Assembly: GCA_965203235.1 (NCBI GenBank)
Contig: CBDBCH010000002.1
Span: 94 to 64,093 of the forward strand
Direction of reading: 5' to 3'
Length of the DNA stretch: 64,000 nt
DNA from: Longimicrobiales bacterium
Lineage (GTDB): Bacteria; Gemmatimonadota; Gemmatimonadetes; Longimicrobiales; Gaopeijiaceae
Shown: piece by piece, positions 1 to 12,458 of the stretch
Layout: each line of letters begins with the position of its first letter
How positions within the stretch are numbered: position 1 is the stretch's first letter
Program-made: the position numbers and the translations under genes
The notes under the pieces: model-generated
Told to the model about the DNA's origin: nothing
Seen by the model: only the letters and a program-made list of their open reading frames with translations
Database searches by the model: none

Positions 1-2419
1 CCGCGATTTTCCGAATGAGTCAAGCGACTGGCGGGACGATTCCGGCGAACGGGGACGAGGTTCAGGTGCTCGACCGGGCTACCCGGCGAGTCCTGTTCGC
101 GGGCAACATCAGGAATCCGCGCTGGCGTGGGCTGATCTCCGATTCGTGGATACGGGTAGATGCTGCGGCGATTGGCGCGGAAGGCGTCTCCGGGACAGGC
201 TGATACCGCCAGCGGACGGGGTGCGTATCGCCAAGATGACCACCGGGCAGGCGCAGGTCGTCGCGCTGGTGGGCTTGTTTTCGGGCGAGGGATTTACGCT
301 CGACGGGACCGTTGGAGACCTTGCTCCGATTCCCAGACGATGTTCGGCTCCAGTCCGTCGAGTCGGTGCTCTCACGGTTGCTAGATACGGGTGACTTCAT
401 TTTCACTGTCTCGAACGACAAGGTGGTGCGAGTTCGGGCGCGGGGGTCTCTCCCGACTTCCGCCCTGATAGCCGGACCGGACAACGTGTCGCTCATCAGC
501 ACGGAGACTGACGCGAGCAACCACCGGACGCGCCAGTGGGTGCGACATGGATCGTCACCGGCAAGCGGACTTTCAACGGGATGGCCGCTCCCGGCGGTTT
601 CCGGTGGTGGTTTCCAGCGCGGAGGAACTGGATTTTTTCTCCGATTCCGCCACCACGACGGCGAAGAACGCTGACCGGGACCGGGGGCTTCGGTGGCGGT
701 TCGATGCGCGGGCGGCGATTCGGACTGACCTGAATGGGGGGATCGACTTCGTCGGGGGCAATGCGCTGACGGCGGCTTCCGGGACGGTCTACATGGGGGA
801 AGTCGGGTATCCGCCTACCGGGGTTGATGTGGAGGAAGCGGGCGGCGCGGGGACCCTGATGTCAATGGAGATTCCGGCTGCGCCCACCTTCCTTCCGGGG
901 TACGCGTTGGGGATTCGGCATACGGCGAGCGGTGACGTTTGGACGTTCGAGGATCAGAGGATCGTCGATAGCTACGGGGGAAACAATGTTCGCCGGGAGG
1001 CCTCGCAAGACAGGCTGCTCGGACACTATCGGGCGGATGACCAGTACCCCGGACAGGCTGTGGGTGGTTAGCGGCAGAACGGCGCGGGCGTACCATTTCA
1101 ATGGGGTTCGGGACGCGGCGCGGGACGTGACGTTCACCGGCTTGATTCACAGCATCGCAGGAATCGGGAATCGGCTCTACGCGCTGACCGGCGAGCTTTC
1201 GATTGGCGGCTCAGCTTTCCCTGTCGCTTTCGAGGTGGAAGTCCGGGACGCGAATACGAAGAACGAGATAACCCAGACGGGGGCACCGAGCTTCCTGAAC
1301 CGACCGGATGATGGCACCTTGATATGGGGACCTTGCCGTTGGGGGCGGAATCGTTTGGATGCTCCGGGGCACGACGGAAGCGGCGCGGCGGGGCGGCAAC
1401 ACTCTTGGCTGGAAGGCGGAGGCCTACGATCAGGACGACTGGACGCGGTTGACCGACCGGGACATCACCGTGAACACCCCGGAGGATACGCAGATTGCGG
1501 CTACGCGGCTCTACGTTTGGGGGAACCACCTGTACTACCGGGGGCAGAGAAACTGGCACACGGCGTACAACATGTCGACTGGCGAGAGCGAGGCTGCGCA
1601 CGTCGTTGATTCGTTCAACCTGACCCGCCCGACCATCGGCGAGGGAGAGGAACCCGTCGCGGGCAACTCCCGGCTCTGGATTCGCCCTTCATCGACTTCC
1701 GGGCAGCTTCGGGCTTGGCGGCTTGGGCGGGCGCGAGGGCAGTTCCGAAAGCCCACCACCACCGAGGCTCTGGCGATGCGCTCCCGGCTCTCGCAGGACG
1801 ACCGCTTCCGGGTCATCCTCATGGACGCCAGCGTTCCGGGCGTCTCCGCTACCCGCGCTCGCTACGAACCCGTCTCCGTGGATGTTCAGGAAATCACTTC
1901 CCTGAGCGTTGACGGTACCGACATCGAGCTTGGGGGCTCCGGGTGGCACTTCGACGCCGCCACCCAAGAGCTTGCCATCCATATCGGGAGCGTGGGAACC
2001 CCGACCACCAGTCAGCAGATAATCATCGAGTGGGTCGGGCGCGCGCTTGCGCTGGCGAGTAAGGAAGGGCTTGCGGTGGACCGGCTGACCGAGTTCGAGG
2101 GGCAGGACGCCTTGCGCTTCGACGAGCGCAGCGGGCGGCGCAAATCCTCTTGGGGCAGCACGGGGAGGTAGCCGAGCGGCTGATAGTCCGCTTCGTCTGG
2201 GGCACCCCCATCCATGTGGAGGTCGGGCAGCGGCTACAAATTGACAGTAGCTTGGCGGCGAAGTACGGTGTGAAGAACCCCACCGGCGCCGACCGTTGGC
2301 TGGTTTCCGAAGTCGTTATTACCGAGCAGGGCGATTTGATTCGCTACGAGGTTCGGTGTATCCGGGATCGGTTCCAGCAGCGGTGGGCGGATTTCTGGCG
2401 TAGCATTGCGAGGAACTGA
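1..2419 (+). pseudogene. Frameshift-disrupted copy of the 1225-aa tail protein gene, truncated at the window edge
   Basis: Fragments 15..203, 146..394, 312..674, 547..1071, 932..1609, 1359..2171 and 2150..2419, in rotating frames, reproduce consecutive stretches of the intact ORF 30379..34056(-). There are at least 6 frame changes. Confidence 0.8.
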
Positions 2420-2420
2420 C

Positions 2421-2711
2421 ATGGCGCAAACCCGATTCGTCACTCTCGAACCAGGGGTGGTCGTGGATATTGCTACGGCGGCGGGTATCGGGGATGGGCG
2501 GTACACGCTTGATAATGTCGGGGTCTACTCTGTGCGGGTCGCCTTCGTGGATTCGCTTCCGGCGAACCTGCAGGATGATTCCATAACTAGCTTTGCTCCT
2601 ATGATTCCTCCGCATGGCTACGGCAGTTCGCGGGGGTTCTCGCTGAACGGCGACCACATGCTCGTGGTGAGTGGCGAGGGTTCCACGGTGGCTATCACCG
2701 AGGACGAGTAA
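2421..2711 (+). CDS. Hypothetical tail-module protein (96 aa), intact copy
   Basis: Translation identical to 30087..30377(-). ATG at 2421 follows the upstream stop at 2417..2419. The ORF-track start at 2406 would overlap the upstream gene. Confidence 0.55.
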   Translation: MAQTRFVTLEPGVVVDIATAAGIGDGRYTLDNVGVYSVRVAFVDSLPANLQDDSITSFAPMIPPHGYGSSRGFSLNGDHMLVVSGEGSTVAITEDE

Positions 2712-5700
2712 TGGGTCTCTCTCCGGCAGGCGGGCATGGCGGATTCGCTGGCGACGCCTTCAAGATCGGCCCTTCCCCTAACCGGTTCGCGGCGGCTTCG
2801 CTGACCGCTGCCGAGGCAGCAAGGGACGCGCAGGCGGCAACGGCGGCGTGGGTTGCCCGCTACGAGGCGGACCGGCTGGCGGTCATCCTCCTCCAGGACA
2901 CGACGGCTGACCGGCTCTACGTGCAGTCGCTCGAACCGACGCTGGTTACGGGGAGCGGCAACAGCAAGGACTACTCGAACGCGTGGCTGACCCTTGCGAT
3001 TGCTCCGGGTGGCTTCACCCGGGACCAAGCCCTTGCGCTGATCGCGGATTGGGCGGAACAGGGCAATGCGACCCTGATTCCCGACACGAAGCTCGCGGCG
3101 GACATTGCGCGGGATTCGGACGTCACGGCTGCGATTGCGACTGCGGTGGCGCGGGTGCGCGGAGGAGTGGCGGCTGACCGGGACACGCTGGAGAAAGTCG
3201 CGGACGCCCTGGCGGTGGTGACGGCGCGTGGCGCGGTCATCAATGTGGAGCGGTCGGGGGACAACATCGTCGTTCACCAGCGGGATGGCTCCACTGACTC
3301 GTTGTCGGTGGCTCCGCTGACCCCGGCGATTGACCGGGCGGGCGTACTGGCCCTGATAGCGGATTGGGCGGAGGCGGGGAACACCACCCCGTTGCCGGAC
3401 TCGAAAGTCCCCGCGAGCATCGCCCGCGACAGTGAGTTGAACAATGCTGTCGCCAATGTGTTGACGGCGATCAGGGGGAATGCGCCAAGCAACCGGAACA
3501 CGCTGGAGGAGATCAACAATGCGCTGGCCGTTGTGGAGAACAGGAACCCGGTCATTGCGGTCAGTCTCTCCAGCAATGTGCTGTCCTTCCGGTTCCGGGA
3601 TGCCACGACACAAAATGTCACCCTGCCCGCTGGCGGGGGTGGCGGCACTTCGGGCTGGACCAGGCTGCCGTAGATGCGCGGGTCAGGGCGGGCGTCGCGG
3701 ATTGGGCGGAAACAGGGGATACAAGCGATGTCCCCGACACCAAGCTCTCAAGCAATATCGCTCGCACCAGTGCGATCCCGTCGATCACCGGGCTACAGGA
3801 CGCTGCGGGCGTAAGGAACACAGTCGAACCTTCCTGGCGGCGGGCAGCAATGTGACGCTGACCCGCGTGGGTGACACGCTGACCATCGCCTCTACTGGCG
3901 GCAGCGGTGGCGGCCTGACGCAGGAGCAGGTGCGTGACACCATTGCGGGCTTCATCCGTGGCGTCGGGATTTCCGTCGTTCACGATGACACCGCGAATAC
4001 GCTGACTCTGACGCGCTTGCCGCTTGAGTTCGGCGAGCAGATGATCGGGGAGAGTCTTGGTGCCTACTCGCGCACCACTTCCCAGACGCCGAACGCGAGC
4101 GAGTTCTACAGGGTGTCGGCAGTTCGATTCGGATTCGGACAAGCAATGCGGAGCACACCGAGTTGGCGAATGCGACTCACATCTTCGTCAACAAGTCTGT
4201 CTCCACATTGGCGGTGGCGCGGTTCGGGGTCAACTACAGCGACCTGACGCTGAATATCAATATCCCTGACACCAACGACCCGATAAATCTCCACTACGCC
4301 TCCACGCTGATCGGTAGACGATGGGCGGAAGCGCGTCACGCTACGACCCTTTTCCACTATCTTGGGGAATCCTCCGGCGAACCGCAACACGCTGGAGAAG
4401 ATTGCCACCGCTTTGTTGGCAGTCGAGAACAGGAACCCGGTCACGGCAGTCGCTGTTTCCGGCAACGACATCATCACGTCTAACCAGCAGGGTCAGACTA
4501 CGACTATCACCACTGGTTGGCAGGATGCGGTGGGCGTCAGGAGCGTCGTCACCGACTTCATCAAGCCCGGCACCAACGTACAGGTGGTGCGGCAGGGCGA
4601 TGAATTGACGATCAGTTCCACCACCGGTGGCAGCGGCACCGCGCCGCAGAATGAGATCATCGTGGTGACTGGCGACAGGACTTTCACTGTCGCTGAATCG
4701 ACACAGCTTCACCGCAAGATCATACTGACGCACAGCGACAGTGACATCACGATCACGCTGTCCGAGCCGACCGGCAGTACCGACTTGGGCACCTTGGTGT
4801 TCAACATGGGTTCCGGTGCTGTGCGTATCACCGCCACGCCCACTTCCCGGATCGATGGCCCCGATTGCCCTGAACAAGCAGGGCGACAGCGCAGCCATCA
4901 ATTGGGATGACAGCACTCGCAAGTGGGAGCCGCGACAGCTTGGCGGCATCACCCACATTGACAGCGACTACGTGTCGCTTACCAATGAAGACACCGCCCG
5001 TCTTTCGGGGAGGATACTGATATGTACGGCGACTTCGGATATTCGAGTCTCACTCCGGTCTGGCGTTGGTGCTCTGTTAGTGATAAACGCTTCGCCCAAC
5101 AACTCCAACGTATTGTTGACGACGAGCGCGAGCAACTTGCGTTCGAGGGAACTTACAAGCACGACGAGCGGCCAGACGATGTTCGGTCGGTGGACGGGAA
5201 GCGTGTGGGAGTTCCAGGGCGATTGGGAGACTGTCGCTGCAATGGGCGAGGGAAGGATCGAGTTCCCTGGTTCCAGATGCGAAGATTGCGGCGAGCATTG
5301 CTCGTGACTCCGAAGTCAACACGGCTGTCGCCACTGCGCTGACGACTGTTCGGGGTGGGGCACCGGCGAGTCGGGGACACGTTGAAGGAAATCAACGATG
5401 CGGTGGTCACGCTGGAGTCGCGGAACCCGATCATCAGTGCCTCGATTACGAACCGGATCATCACCTTCACCCGGCAAGACGGACGACGCAGACTGTCACC
5501 GTTCCGGCGCGCTCCGGGCAGACCACAGGCCTGATTGAATCGGAAGTCCGGGCACTGGTGGAGCAGTATGCCGAAGTCGGGCAGACGGGGACTATCCCTA
5601 TCACCCGCTTCGGGGACGGGGTTATCACCGAGGGCGAAGTTGGCGCAGGCGGTGAAGGACAAGCTCGATGAGAGCGACCATGTTTTCATCTCCGCTTCGC

Positions 5701-6514
5701 GTACCTTCACCGCTTCCGAGGCGCAAGAGCTTCACCGCAAGAGTCTCTGGTACATCGGGAGCGCAACCGGGACTATCACTCTGCCCGCCCTGACCGGGCA
5801 CTCTTCCCGCGTGGAAGTGGCTCTGTTGGCGAACACGTCCTCACACAGCGTGGGCATGCAGGTCAATGCGCAGCAGACTACCGGACCGCAACTGGCGCAG
5901 GCTCTGGTAGATGGCGACATCGGGTTGCTTGTTTGGGACGGGGCGCAGTGGTCTATCAACAGCACCGGCTTCGCTTTCACCTTCCGGGAAGCGACCATAT
6001 CCGGCAAGCAGATCACGCTGATTCGCCACAACCGGAACTTTCCGAACCGGGTGCTTGACATCCCCATCCCCCGACATCGCTTCGGAGGCGGAAGCCGTGG
6101 CCGGAACTGATAATGTAGACTACATGACTGCACTTCGCGTCAAGGAGGCGATTGACCATGCACAAGGCACCCGCTCCGGGGCGCATGACTTCTTTTTTGG
6201 TGGTCTGGCGGCTGATCCAACTAGCAGCCTGGACCTTTCTACTCTGCAAAGCACTCGCGTCAGTACATCGGGTAATCAGGAAGTTGTCGTCAATCGCACC
6301 TGGAGGCGGTGCCGACCGACATTTTTACGTCATCCAGCGCGTCACCGACGGCGACATCATTGGATGGACTTTGGACGGCGGCACAAGCACCGGATGGACA
6401 AAAGGAACAACTACATTGACCATCGGGGGCGTCCAGTACGAGTGGTACAAGAGCGAGTACACGTGGCGTAGCTCTGTGACGCAGGGACTCCGGTTGGGGA
6501 TTACGAGGGCGTAA
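2711..6514 (+). pseudogene. Frameshift-disrupted copy of the 1266-aa tail fibre gene
   Basis: Fragments 2711..3673, 3480..4247, 4163..4483, 4362..4910, 4741..5307, 5535..6110, 6055..6471 and 6152..6514 tile the intact ORF 26287..30087(-). The indels I compared are 1-nt changes in short runs: cttcgggctgg at ~3652 vs cttcggggctgg, and gtcgaacctt at ~3827 vs gtcgaaacctt. At least one substitution is also present (LLVIN vs LIVIN). Confidence 0.85.
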
Positions 6515-9130
6515 TGAGCTTCCGAATCGAGAAGGGGATCACAGTTCTCCACGGGGTACGGCTATCGTTCCCGGCACGTCCACCAGTCCTATCGGCGTGG
6601 ATGTTGGGCTTGGCGATTGGAACCTCGTCGTTGAGCCGGGCACCTACTACCCGACCGGAGAGATGGACCACAGGCCGTTCGACGGCACCAAGTGGTCTAT
6701 GCGGGTGGCGGTGCTCGCTGGCGGAAGCCCGCCTGACATTGAGCAACACGCCCAACAGGGTGATCGCGGCAAGAGCCGCGTGAGGACGCTCCGGGATTTG
6801 GAGCCAGTGGGTCGGTTGGGAAGACACGCTGCCTCGTTCGTGCCGAATGGCAACGCGGACAGGGTTGCCATGCAGAACATCCAAACGCAGCAAAGGCACA
6901 TCCACGAGGTCGAACTGACTGTCACTTCGGGGATCGTTGCAACTACTCCGAATGTTTACGGATGGTCTATCGCGCCTTCCACCGCTACGCAGACATTGCC
7001 GCAGGGCGGAGACCTTGCGAGGGTGGATGGCGGAGAACTTTCTGACGTTCCGAACCACCTTTTGGTGGCTATGTACTCCACTTCGGCTGCTACGCCCGTC
7101 AGTAAGTTCAGGTTCAAGAGCTTCGTCAATACCTTGATTCGGGTGAAGATAGGAGACACCGAGTACGCCCTGACGCGAACTGTCAACAACAGCACTGTCG
7201 CCTCATGGGGAGACTTCCAGTTTGACGAGTATGAGATTTCGAGTTCGGAAACGAACCGAGACCCCTTGGGGTTCAGTGCTACTGGTGTCACGAAGAACGG
7301 CATCCAGTTCTTCCAGTCTCGTCACCGCCCGCTCTATACCGCCACGTTTGATGAAGAGCGGTCTTTCGATCTCTATGGATTGCAGGCACTGACGGGGCAC
7401 ATCGCACAGCGCGTTGAGATTGAATCTTTGCAGGGCACCAACAAGGTGCTTGAGACTGCCTACAGTCTCGCCGACGAGCGGACGATTCACACATTCCGGC
7501 ATCATCCCCGCGTGTCTGTCACGGGTATGACCAGCGCGATCATCGATCTGGAGAACCAACACTATCCACTCCGATTGGTGCGTGGAGACACTCGCATCTT
7601 CGGCGCGGATGAAAGTCCGGGTGAGGAGGACTTGGGTCGCAGATCACAGACCGCCGATGAGTTGGTCGATTTTACGCTCCAAAACTACGGGATTACCACC
7701 GAGACAGTGAAGGACGGACTGTTGGTGATGGAGTTCGGGACGCTCTCCCGTGTCATCTTCAACATGAACTCCCGGCGCATGGAGACGGCTGCTGCTGGCG
7801 ATCTTGAGATTCCTCGGCGTAGGACAACGAATCACTGTCCGGTACTTCCCGACCGGAAGCGCGATGGATGTCGTTGACGGCAACTTCGTGGCGGAGAACA
7901 CGTCAGGCGGGGCTAGCGCGGCCAAGCAGTACCGCATCTACGGCAGTCCAACAGCTATCCAAGCTCTGAAAGACCACCATGTGGCGTATGTCGGGAGAGG
8001 CGACCTTTCCATCCTCCCGACTCTAAAGACTGTTGGGCCTATGGGCGCGATTCATAGCCTGAATGTGGATTCGATGGGGGCTGTGAGTACCGATACAGCG
8101 AACTCGGCGTACAGGTACGTTGACCTGACGATCAATGCGGGGACGGCTCCCCGTCCGAGCAGAGGCAGCGCGGTGGTGCTTGGCATCCCGAAGGCTCTGA
8201 TTCGCACCCTGACAGCAACCCCGACCATGTGAGGACGCCGCTTGAGTGGACGGAAGACCTTTCGGGAATCGGGATTGATCCTCTTAGTCCTTACCCCGGA
8301 ACGATTTATCTGCCCTGGCCGGAGGAAGCGAATGTTCTTCGGTTGACTATGAACACGCCGCAGATCAGTGGCACTTCCGGCACAAAGATGCGGATTCAGT
8401 ACCTGACCACCGGGACGCCCACGCGATTCGATTGGGTGCTGTCGCGCACCAGTGATGGCCCTATCGAGTTCACCAGCGGCGCGAGCCATACCTACGAGTT
8501 CCATAAGGATTCGTTCCGCTTCGATGACAAGTTGAAGCTGCGCATGGTCGCTGTGGATGCCACTGGCGACCCAAGCGGTGCCGTGAACTTCGGAAGTGGG
8601 GACACTCTCAAGGCGAAGCTGGAGTATCTCAATCTCCCCAACATCGCAGACGAGGACGCACCCATTCATCGGGAGTTCGCAGCGTGTCATCAAGACCGCC
8701 AAGACGAACAACATCGCCGGGACGACGATGACTAACATCTCCTTCGGGAGAGCGATAGAAATCGCCCGGATCGATGAGATTGCGATGCGCGTGAACCCGG
8801 ATTCGGATCAAGGCGAGACGCAAGGCGCGGGCGAGCGGATTATCCGGCTGACTCGTGCGGACATCGATATTGGAGACCTGTTCGGGGCGGGGAGCTTCAC
8901 CCTGCCTACCAGCACGACCGCGAAGATGGCTGTGCTACTTTTCCTGGGGCTTGCGGACAACCTTCGCGAACCTATGGCGGGACCGAGTCGCGCGTTCATA
9001 GCGGGCGTGTCGAGCGATCCTGTTATGATTCTTTCTATGGTTGAAGATGGTGTCTACGCAACTGGCGTTGGCATCGCCTGCTTCAACGTCGACCACAACA
9101 TTCTTGCGGGTCAAGTGAGGTTTTATCTGA
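6514..9130 (+). pseudogene. Frameshift-disrupted copy of the 871-aa tail protein gene
   Basis: Fragments 6514..6783, 6597..7877, 7804..8232, 8229..8735 and 8596..9426 tile the intact ORF 23672..26287(-). One example is an extra g at ~8655 (gacgaggacgc vs gacgagacgc). Confidence 0.85.
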
Positions 9131-9131
9131 T

Positions 9132-10099
9132 ATGGCATCTGCCACCGACACGTTGCTCTACATTTTTCGGGACCCCGACACGCCACGACCGAGAGAATTC
9201 CCGACTTTCTTCGGGCGCGACCAGATTACCCCTACTGGATGGGTTGGAGTTTGTATCGGGACTATCGCGGAGGCGCGGGAGGCGGCTTCGGAAGGTATCG
9301 GTCTGCGTATGGAGCACCCCGACTTCGACGATGAGAGCTACGACCACCATTTCCCTGCTAGCTACTCGCCTTATGGCTATGTCCCTATTCCTTCGGGGAA
9401 AAAGCGTTGGCTGGAAAGGGCTGTGAACTGGGGGGTTGACGGCTGCCAATCCGCAGTTCAAGCCAGTTGAAATCGAACACGGGCAATACGACATTCAGTT
9501 CAGGTATCCGAACTCGTACTCTGCGATCACGCCAACATTCTCGCTCCCGGCTGACGCTGACTTGAAGATGGCTGCGCATGTCAAGAACGGAGTTATGCGG
9601 GGACTCACCGAACGGGTGTTTGCGGTCTACTCGCATTGGAGCGGTATGAAGGAGGTCTACGACCATTGGCGTCCGGCGGCCGAGCGGATCATCAAGGGGG
9701 CGAACCGGGAGCAAGAGCTTTCCGCAATGGCGAGCTACATGACCGGAAAGGCGGCGGCGGCGAAATGCGAACAAGGACCGGGCAACGCTCGCGCTAATCG
9801 AAGTGGGGATGGCTCTGGAAGCCGACTTCGCACGGGCTAGCACCTTCGCACAGGTGGAGAAAGCGGCGAAGAAATACCTTGCCGGGACCTTCGGGGAGGA
9901 TTGGCATGTCGCTGACTTCTTCAAGTCGGACCGGGCGTATGTTCAGTGGAAGGCTCAGGAAGCGAAGCTCGAGGAGAGTCGCAAGGCTATCGAGGATACC
10001 CACCTTGGGCGCATTTCCAATCCCTTCAACATAGTCGCGTTGAAGCCCCTGTTGAAGGCTCACCCTCGACTGTCCTACACCTATGGGGTACAACGATGA
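9132..10099 (+). pseudogene. Frameshift-disrupted copy of the 321-aa hypothetical gene
   Basis: Fragments 9132..9470, 9436..9840 and 9803..10099 tile the intact ORF 22705..23670(-). Confidence 0.8.
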
Positions 10100-10333
10100 C
10101 CGACTTGATTGTCGAGATCGCCGTCCTGTTCGTCTCTCTCGGCGCCTCCGTCTGGTACATGATGGCTGAGGTCAAGAAAATGGTGGAGGATCAGGGCAAG
10201 CGAATGGAGCAGGGCTTTCGGGATGTCGTTCAAGCGATTCGGGGACATGGAACGTTCTGTCTCTGAGGCGCATAACCGCCAGCAAGAGGATTTGACGCAC
10301 CTTCGGGCGCGGATCAATGGAGGGGGCAAGTGA
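10096..10333 (+). pseudogene. Copy of the 78-aa membrane protein gene with a 1-nt insertion
   Basis: An extra g at ~10243 (attcggggacatgg vs attcgggacatgg in 22472..22708) truncates the reading frame at 10266. Confidence 0.7.
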
Positions 10334-10500
10334 TGAGCGAGGAGCTTTTCATTCTGATTTACCTGGGGATGCTCATGGCCTTCGTGGGCTTCGTCCTCTA
10401 TGCGGTGGAGGCGCGGATTGACCGCACCGACAGGCGTATCCGGCGGGCGGCAAGCGAACCCCTCTGGAAGGTGGAGCGGGGACCTGCGGGGAAAAAGTGA
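10333..10500 (+). CDS. Small membrane protein (55 aa)
   Basis: MSEELFILIYLGMLMAFVGFVLYAVEARIDR... has one hydrophobic helix. TGATG start/stop coupling upstream and GTGA coupling downstream. Below the 60-aa ORF-track cutoff. Mirror copy at 22305..22472(-). Confidence 0.55.
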   Translation: MSEELFILIYLGMLMAFVGFVLYAVEARIDRTDRRIRRAASEPLWKVERGPAGKK

Positions 10501-11174
10501 ACGCCGTTGCCCCGCAAATCATCCGCCACGAGATACGGGAAGGGGCGCGGGTTCCGTGGCAAGTTATTCCGCCGGTGCTCTTCGGGGGCTTGCTGGTCGG
10601 GGCTATACTTGGGGGACTGACTATCCGGTCTTGCTATGATCCCCCGGAAGTGCTGGAGGCGACGCAAGCCGCGTATGAGGAGCGGATCGTGGAGCTTGAA
10701 AAAGCGGGAAAGGAAGCGCAGGAAGCGGCTTCGGAGGCGGCGCAGGAAGCCTACGAGCACCGGTTGAAGGCTACCGGGCTGGAGGACCAGCTTCGGAGAT
10801 ACCGGGAACAGGTTACTGACCGTCGCCGGGAGGCGGTAGAGGAGGTCAAGCGGGAAATCTCCGAGTTGCCGGAGGGCGCGTCCACTTACGAGGTCGCAAA
10901 GGTGGCGAACTTGGGGTTCCGGCAGATGTCGCTTTTCGCTGAGTCCCTGGAGCATGAGCTTGACCTGCAGACGGTTAGGGCGGCGCAGTCGGAGGCGGCT
11001 ATCGCTGACCTGCAGTACGCCTACTCCGAAGAACGGGCGGCGCGGGAGTACGCGGAAAAGCGGGCGGAAACCGCAGAGGCGCGGGTCGAGGAGTGGCGGG
11101 GCACGAACCGGCGGCGTATCGCCACTGCCGGGGCTATCGCCCTCGCGGTCGCTGTGGTACTCTTGGCGTCATGA
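10497..11174 (+). CDS. Membrane-anchored coiled-coil protein (225 aa)
   Basis: N-terminal (PPVLFGGLLVGAILGGL) and C-terminal (AIALAVAVVLLAS) hydrophobic helices flank a long E/A/R-rich coiled-coil region. Differs from the mirror copy 21631..22308 by one residue (S vs L, c/t at ~10990). Confidence 0.6.
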   Translation: MNAVAPQIIRHEIREGARVPWQVIPPVLFGGLLVGAILGGLTIRSCYDPPEVLEATQAAYEERIVELEKAGKEAQEAASEAAQEAYEHRLKATGLEDQLRRYREQVTDRRREAVEEVKREISELPEGASTYEVAKVANLGFRQMSLFAESLEHELDLQTVRAAQSEAAIADLQYAYSEERAAREYAEKRAETAEARVEEWRGTNRRRIATAGAIALAVAVVLLAS

Positions 11175-11407
11175 GCGACAAGCCGAACAAGGTCAGGTTC
11201 CTGTCGCGGAAACTTCATGGGGAGGCGGGGCACCCCGGATACGACGTCAAGCGGGCGGATGGTCCGGGAGAACTGACCGAGGATTGGGGAATACTCATGC
11301 AGGTCTTGAACAAGAGTTGGCTTTGGATGTCGCGCTCCGGGACCGAGTTCGGCACCTACCCTTCCTTCGCGGAGGCCAAGCGGCGTATCCGCGCTGAGCT
11401 AGAGTAG
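11171..11407 (+). CDS. Hypothetical protein (78 aa)
   Basis: ATG at 11171 overlaps the upstream stop (ATGA). The coding-like composition begins there, so the ORF-track 11093 start is trimmed. Mirror at 21398..21634. Confidence 0.5.
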   Translation: MSDKPNKVRFLSRKLHGEAGHPGYDVKRADGPGELTEDWGILMQVLNKSWLWMSRSGTEFGTYPSFAEAKRRIRAELE

Positions 11408-11411
11408 ACCC

Positions 11412-11723
11412 ATGCTCTCGATTCTGACGAACATCTTTTCCGGTCTCCGGGCTTGGCGCAGCACCGAGCGGATTCTGAACGAACCCCGGTATCAGGTGGG
11501 GACGATTCTGCACGAGATTCGGGATTCTTCGGGCGGACCGGCTCTGATGAAGAAGTCGGTGATTCGCTCGATGAGCTTGAAAGCCTACAACGCTGGCCGG
11601 GTCGAGGTTCAGTCGTTGACCGGGGGGGGAGTCTTGGGGGACCGGGTCATGGTGTTTTCCGCGAGGGAGTTCGACGCGCTTCACCCGGTGATTGCGCTGG
11701 TTCCGCCAAAGGCGAAAAGATGA
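11412..11723 (+). CDS. Hypothetical protein (103 aa)
   Basis: ORF-track ORF. Identical mirror at 21082..21393(-). Tightly packed in a co-directional gene string. Confidence 0.5.
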   Translation: MLSILTNIFSGLRAWRSTERILNEPRYQVGTILHEIRDSSGGPALMKKSVIRSMSLKAYNAGRVEVQSLTGGGVLGDRVMVFSAREFDALHPVIALVPPKAKR

Positions 11724-11851
11724 CCGAGACGGAAGCCATTTGGATATTCGTCGCCTTCGTTGCGACTATCACCCTGTCGGCTGCGGTGCTGATGTTCGTA
11801 TCGGAATACACCATGTTCCACATGGGGCGCGGGAAGCGAAAGCGGAAATGA
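11720..11851 (+). CDS. Small membrane protein (43 aa)
   Basis: MTETEAIWIFVAFVATITLSAAVLMFVSEY... has one TM helix and a basic tail. ATGA coupling at both ends. Mirror at 20954..21085. Confidence 0.5.
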   Translation: MTETEAIWIFVAFVATITLSAAVLMFVSEYTMFHMGRGKRKRK

Positions 11852-12144
11852 AGCGATCACTACTGGCGGCGGGCTTCGCCGTGACCGTCGCGGGCTTCGT
11901 CGGCTCCACTTGGCTCCTGTCCTTCGGCACCGACCCGGTGACCGGCGAGGCCTACCGGGCGATACCGAGAGATGTCATGTACCAGTGGTCCACCAGTCTC
12001 GCCGGGATTCTGCTGGCGGCGTGTACCGCCTACTTCCTGCCGCTCGATTGGATCACCCCCAAGACCGAGAAAGAGCGTATCGCCGGAGTGGTTTGCTTGA
12101 CCGCGCTGTGGTGCGTCATCATCCTGAGCATGGCGAGGCACTGA
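11848..12144 (+). CDS. Multi-pass membrane protein (98 aa), holin-like candidate
   Basis: MKRSLLAAGFAVTVAGFVGSTWLL..., ...LAGILLAACTAYFL... and ...VVCLTALWCVIILSM give about 3 hydrophobic helices. ATGA coupling. Mirror at 20661..20957. Confidence 0.5.
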   Translation: MKRSLLAAGFAVTVAGFVGSTWLLSFGTDPVTGEAYRAIPRDVMYQWSTSLAGILLAACTAYFLPLDWITPKTEKERIAGVVCLTALWCVIILSMARH

Positions 12145-12458
12145 TGGCGAAAGTCCTGTTCGTTCCGATTCGCCCGATTGACCGGCGGTACAAGGTCGCC
12201 AGCTACGAGGTCTACTACGCCGCCCGGATGCGGGGCTATCTCCAGTGGCTCTCGCCAATGGAGGGCGACCCAACAGAGAAAAAGTGGAACTGGAATCCCT
12301 GGGTTGGCATGGGCTGGAAGGACGGATTCGATACGCTGGAGGAAGCGCAAGAGTTCATTCGGGGGCTCACCGAGGGATGGGACCGGGAGGACGCCGAAGT
12401 TCGCCAGACGATGAGTAGTATCCGGGAGGAGGGGAAGTGCGGCGAAAAGTCTGCCTGA
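12144..12458 (+). CDS. Hypothetical protein (104 aa)
   Basis: The ATG at 12144 overlaps the upstream stop (TGATG). Mirror at 20347..20661. Confidence 0.5.
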   Translation: MAKVLFVPIRPIDRRYKVASYEVYYAARMRGYLQWLSPMEGDPTEKKWNWNPWVGMGWKDGFDTLEEAQEFIRGLTEGWDREDAEVRQTMSSIREEGKCGEKSA

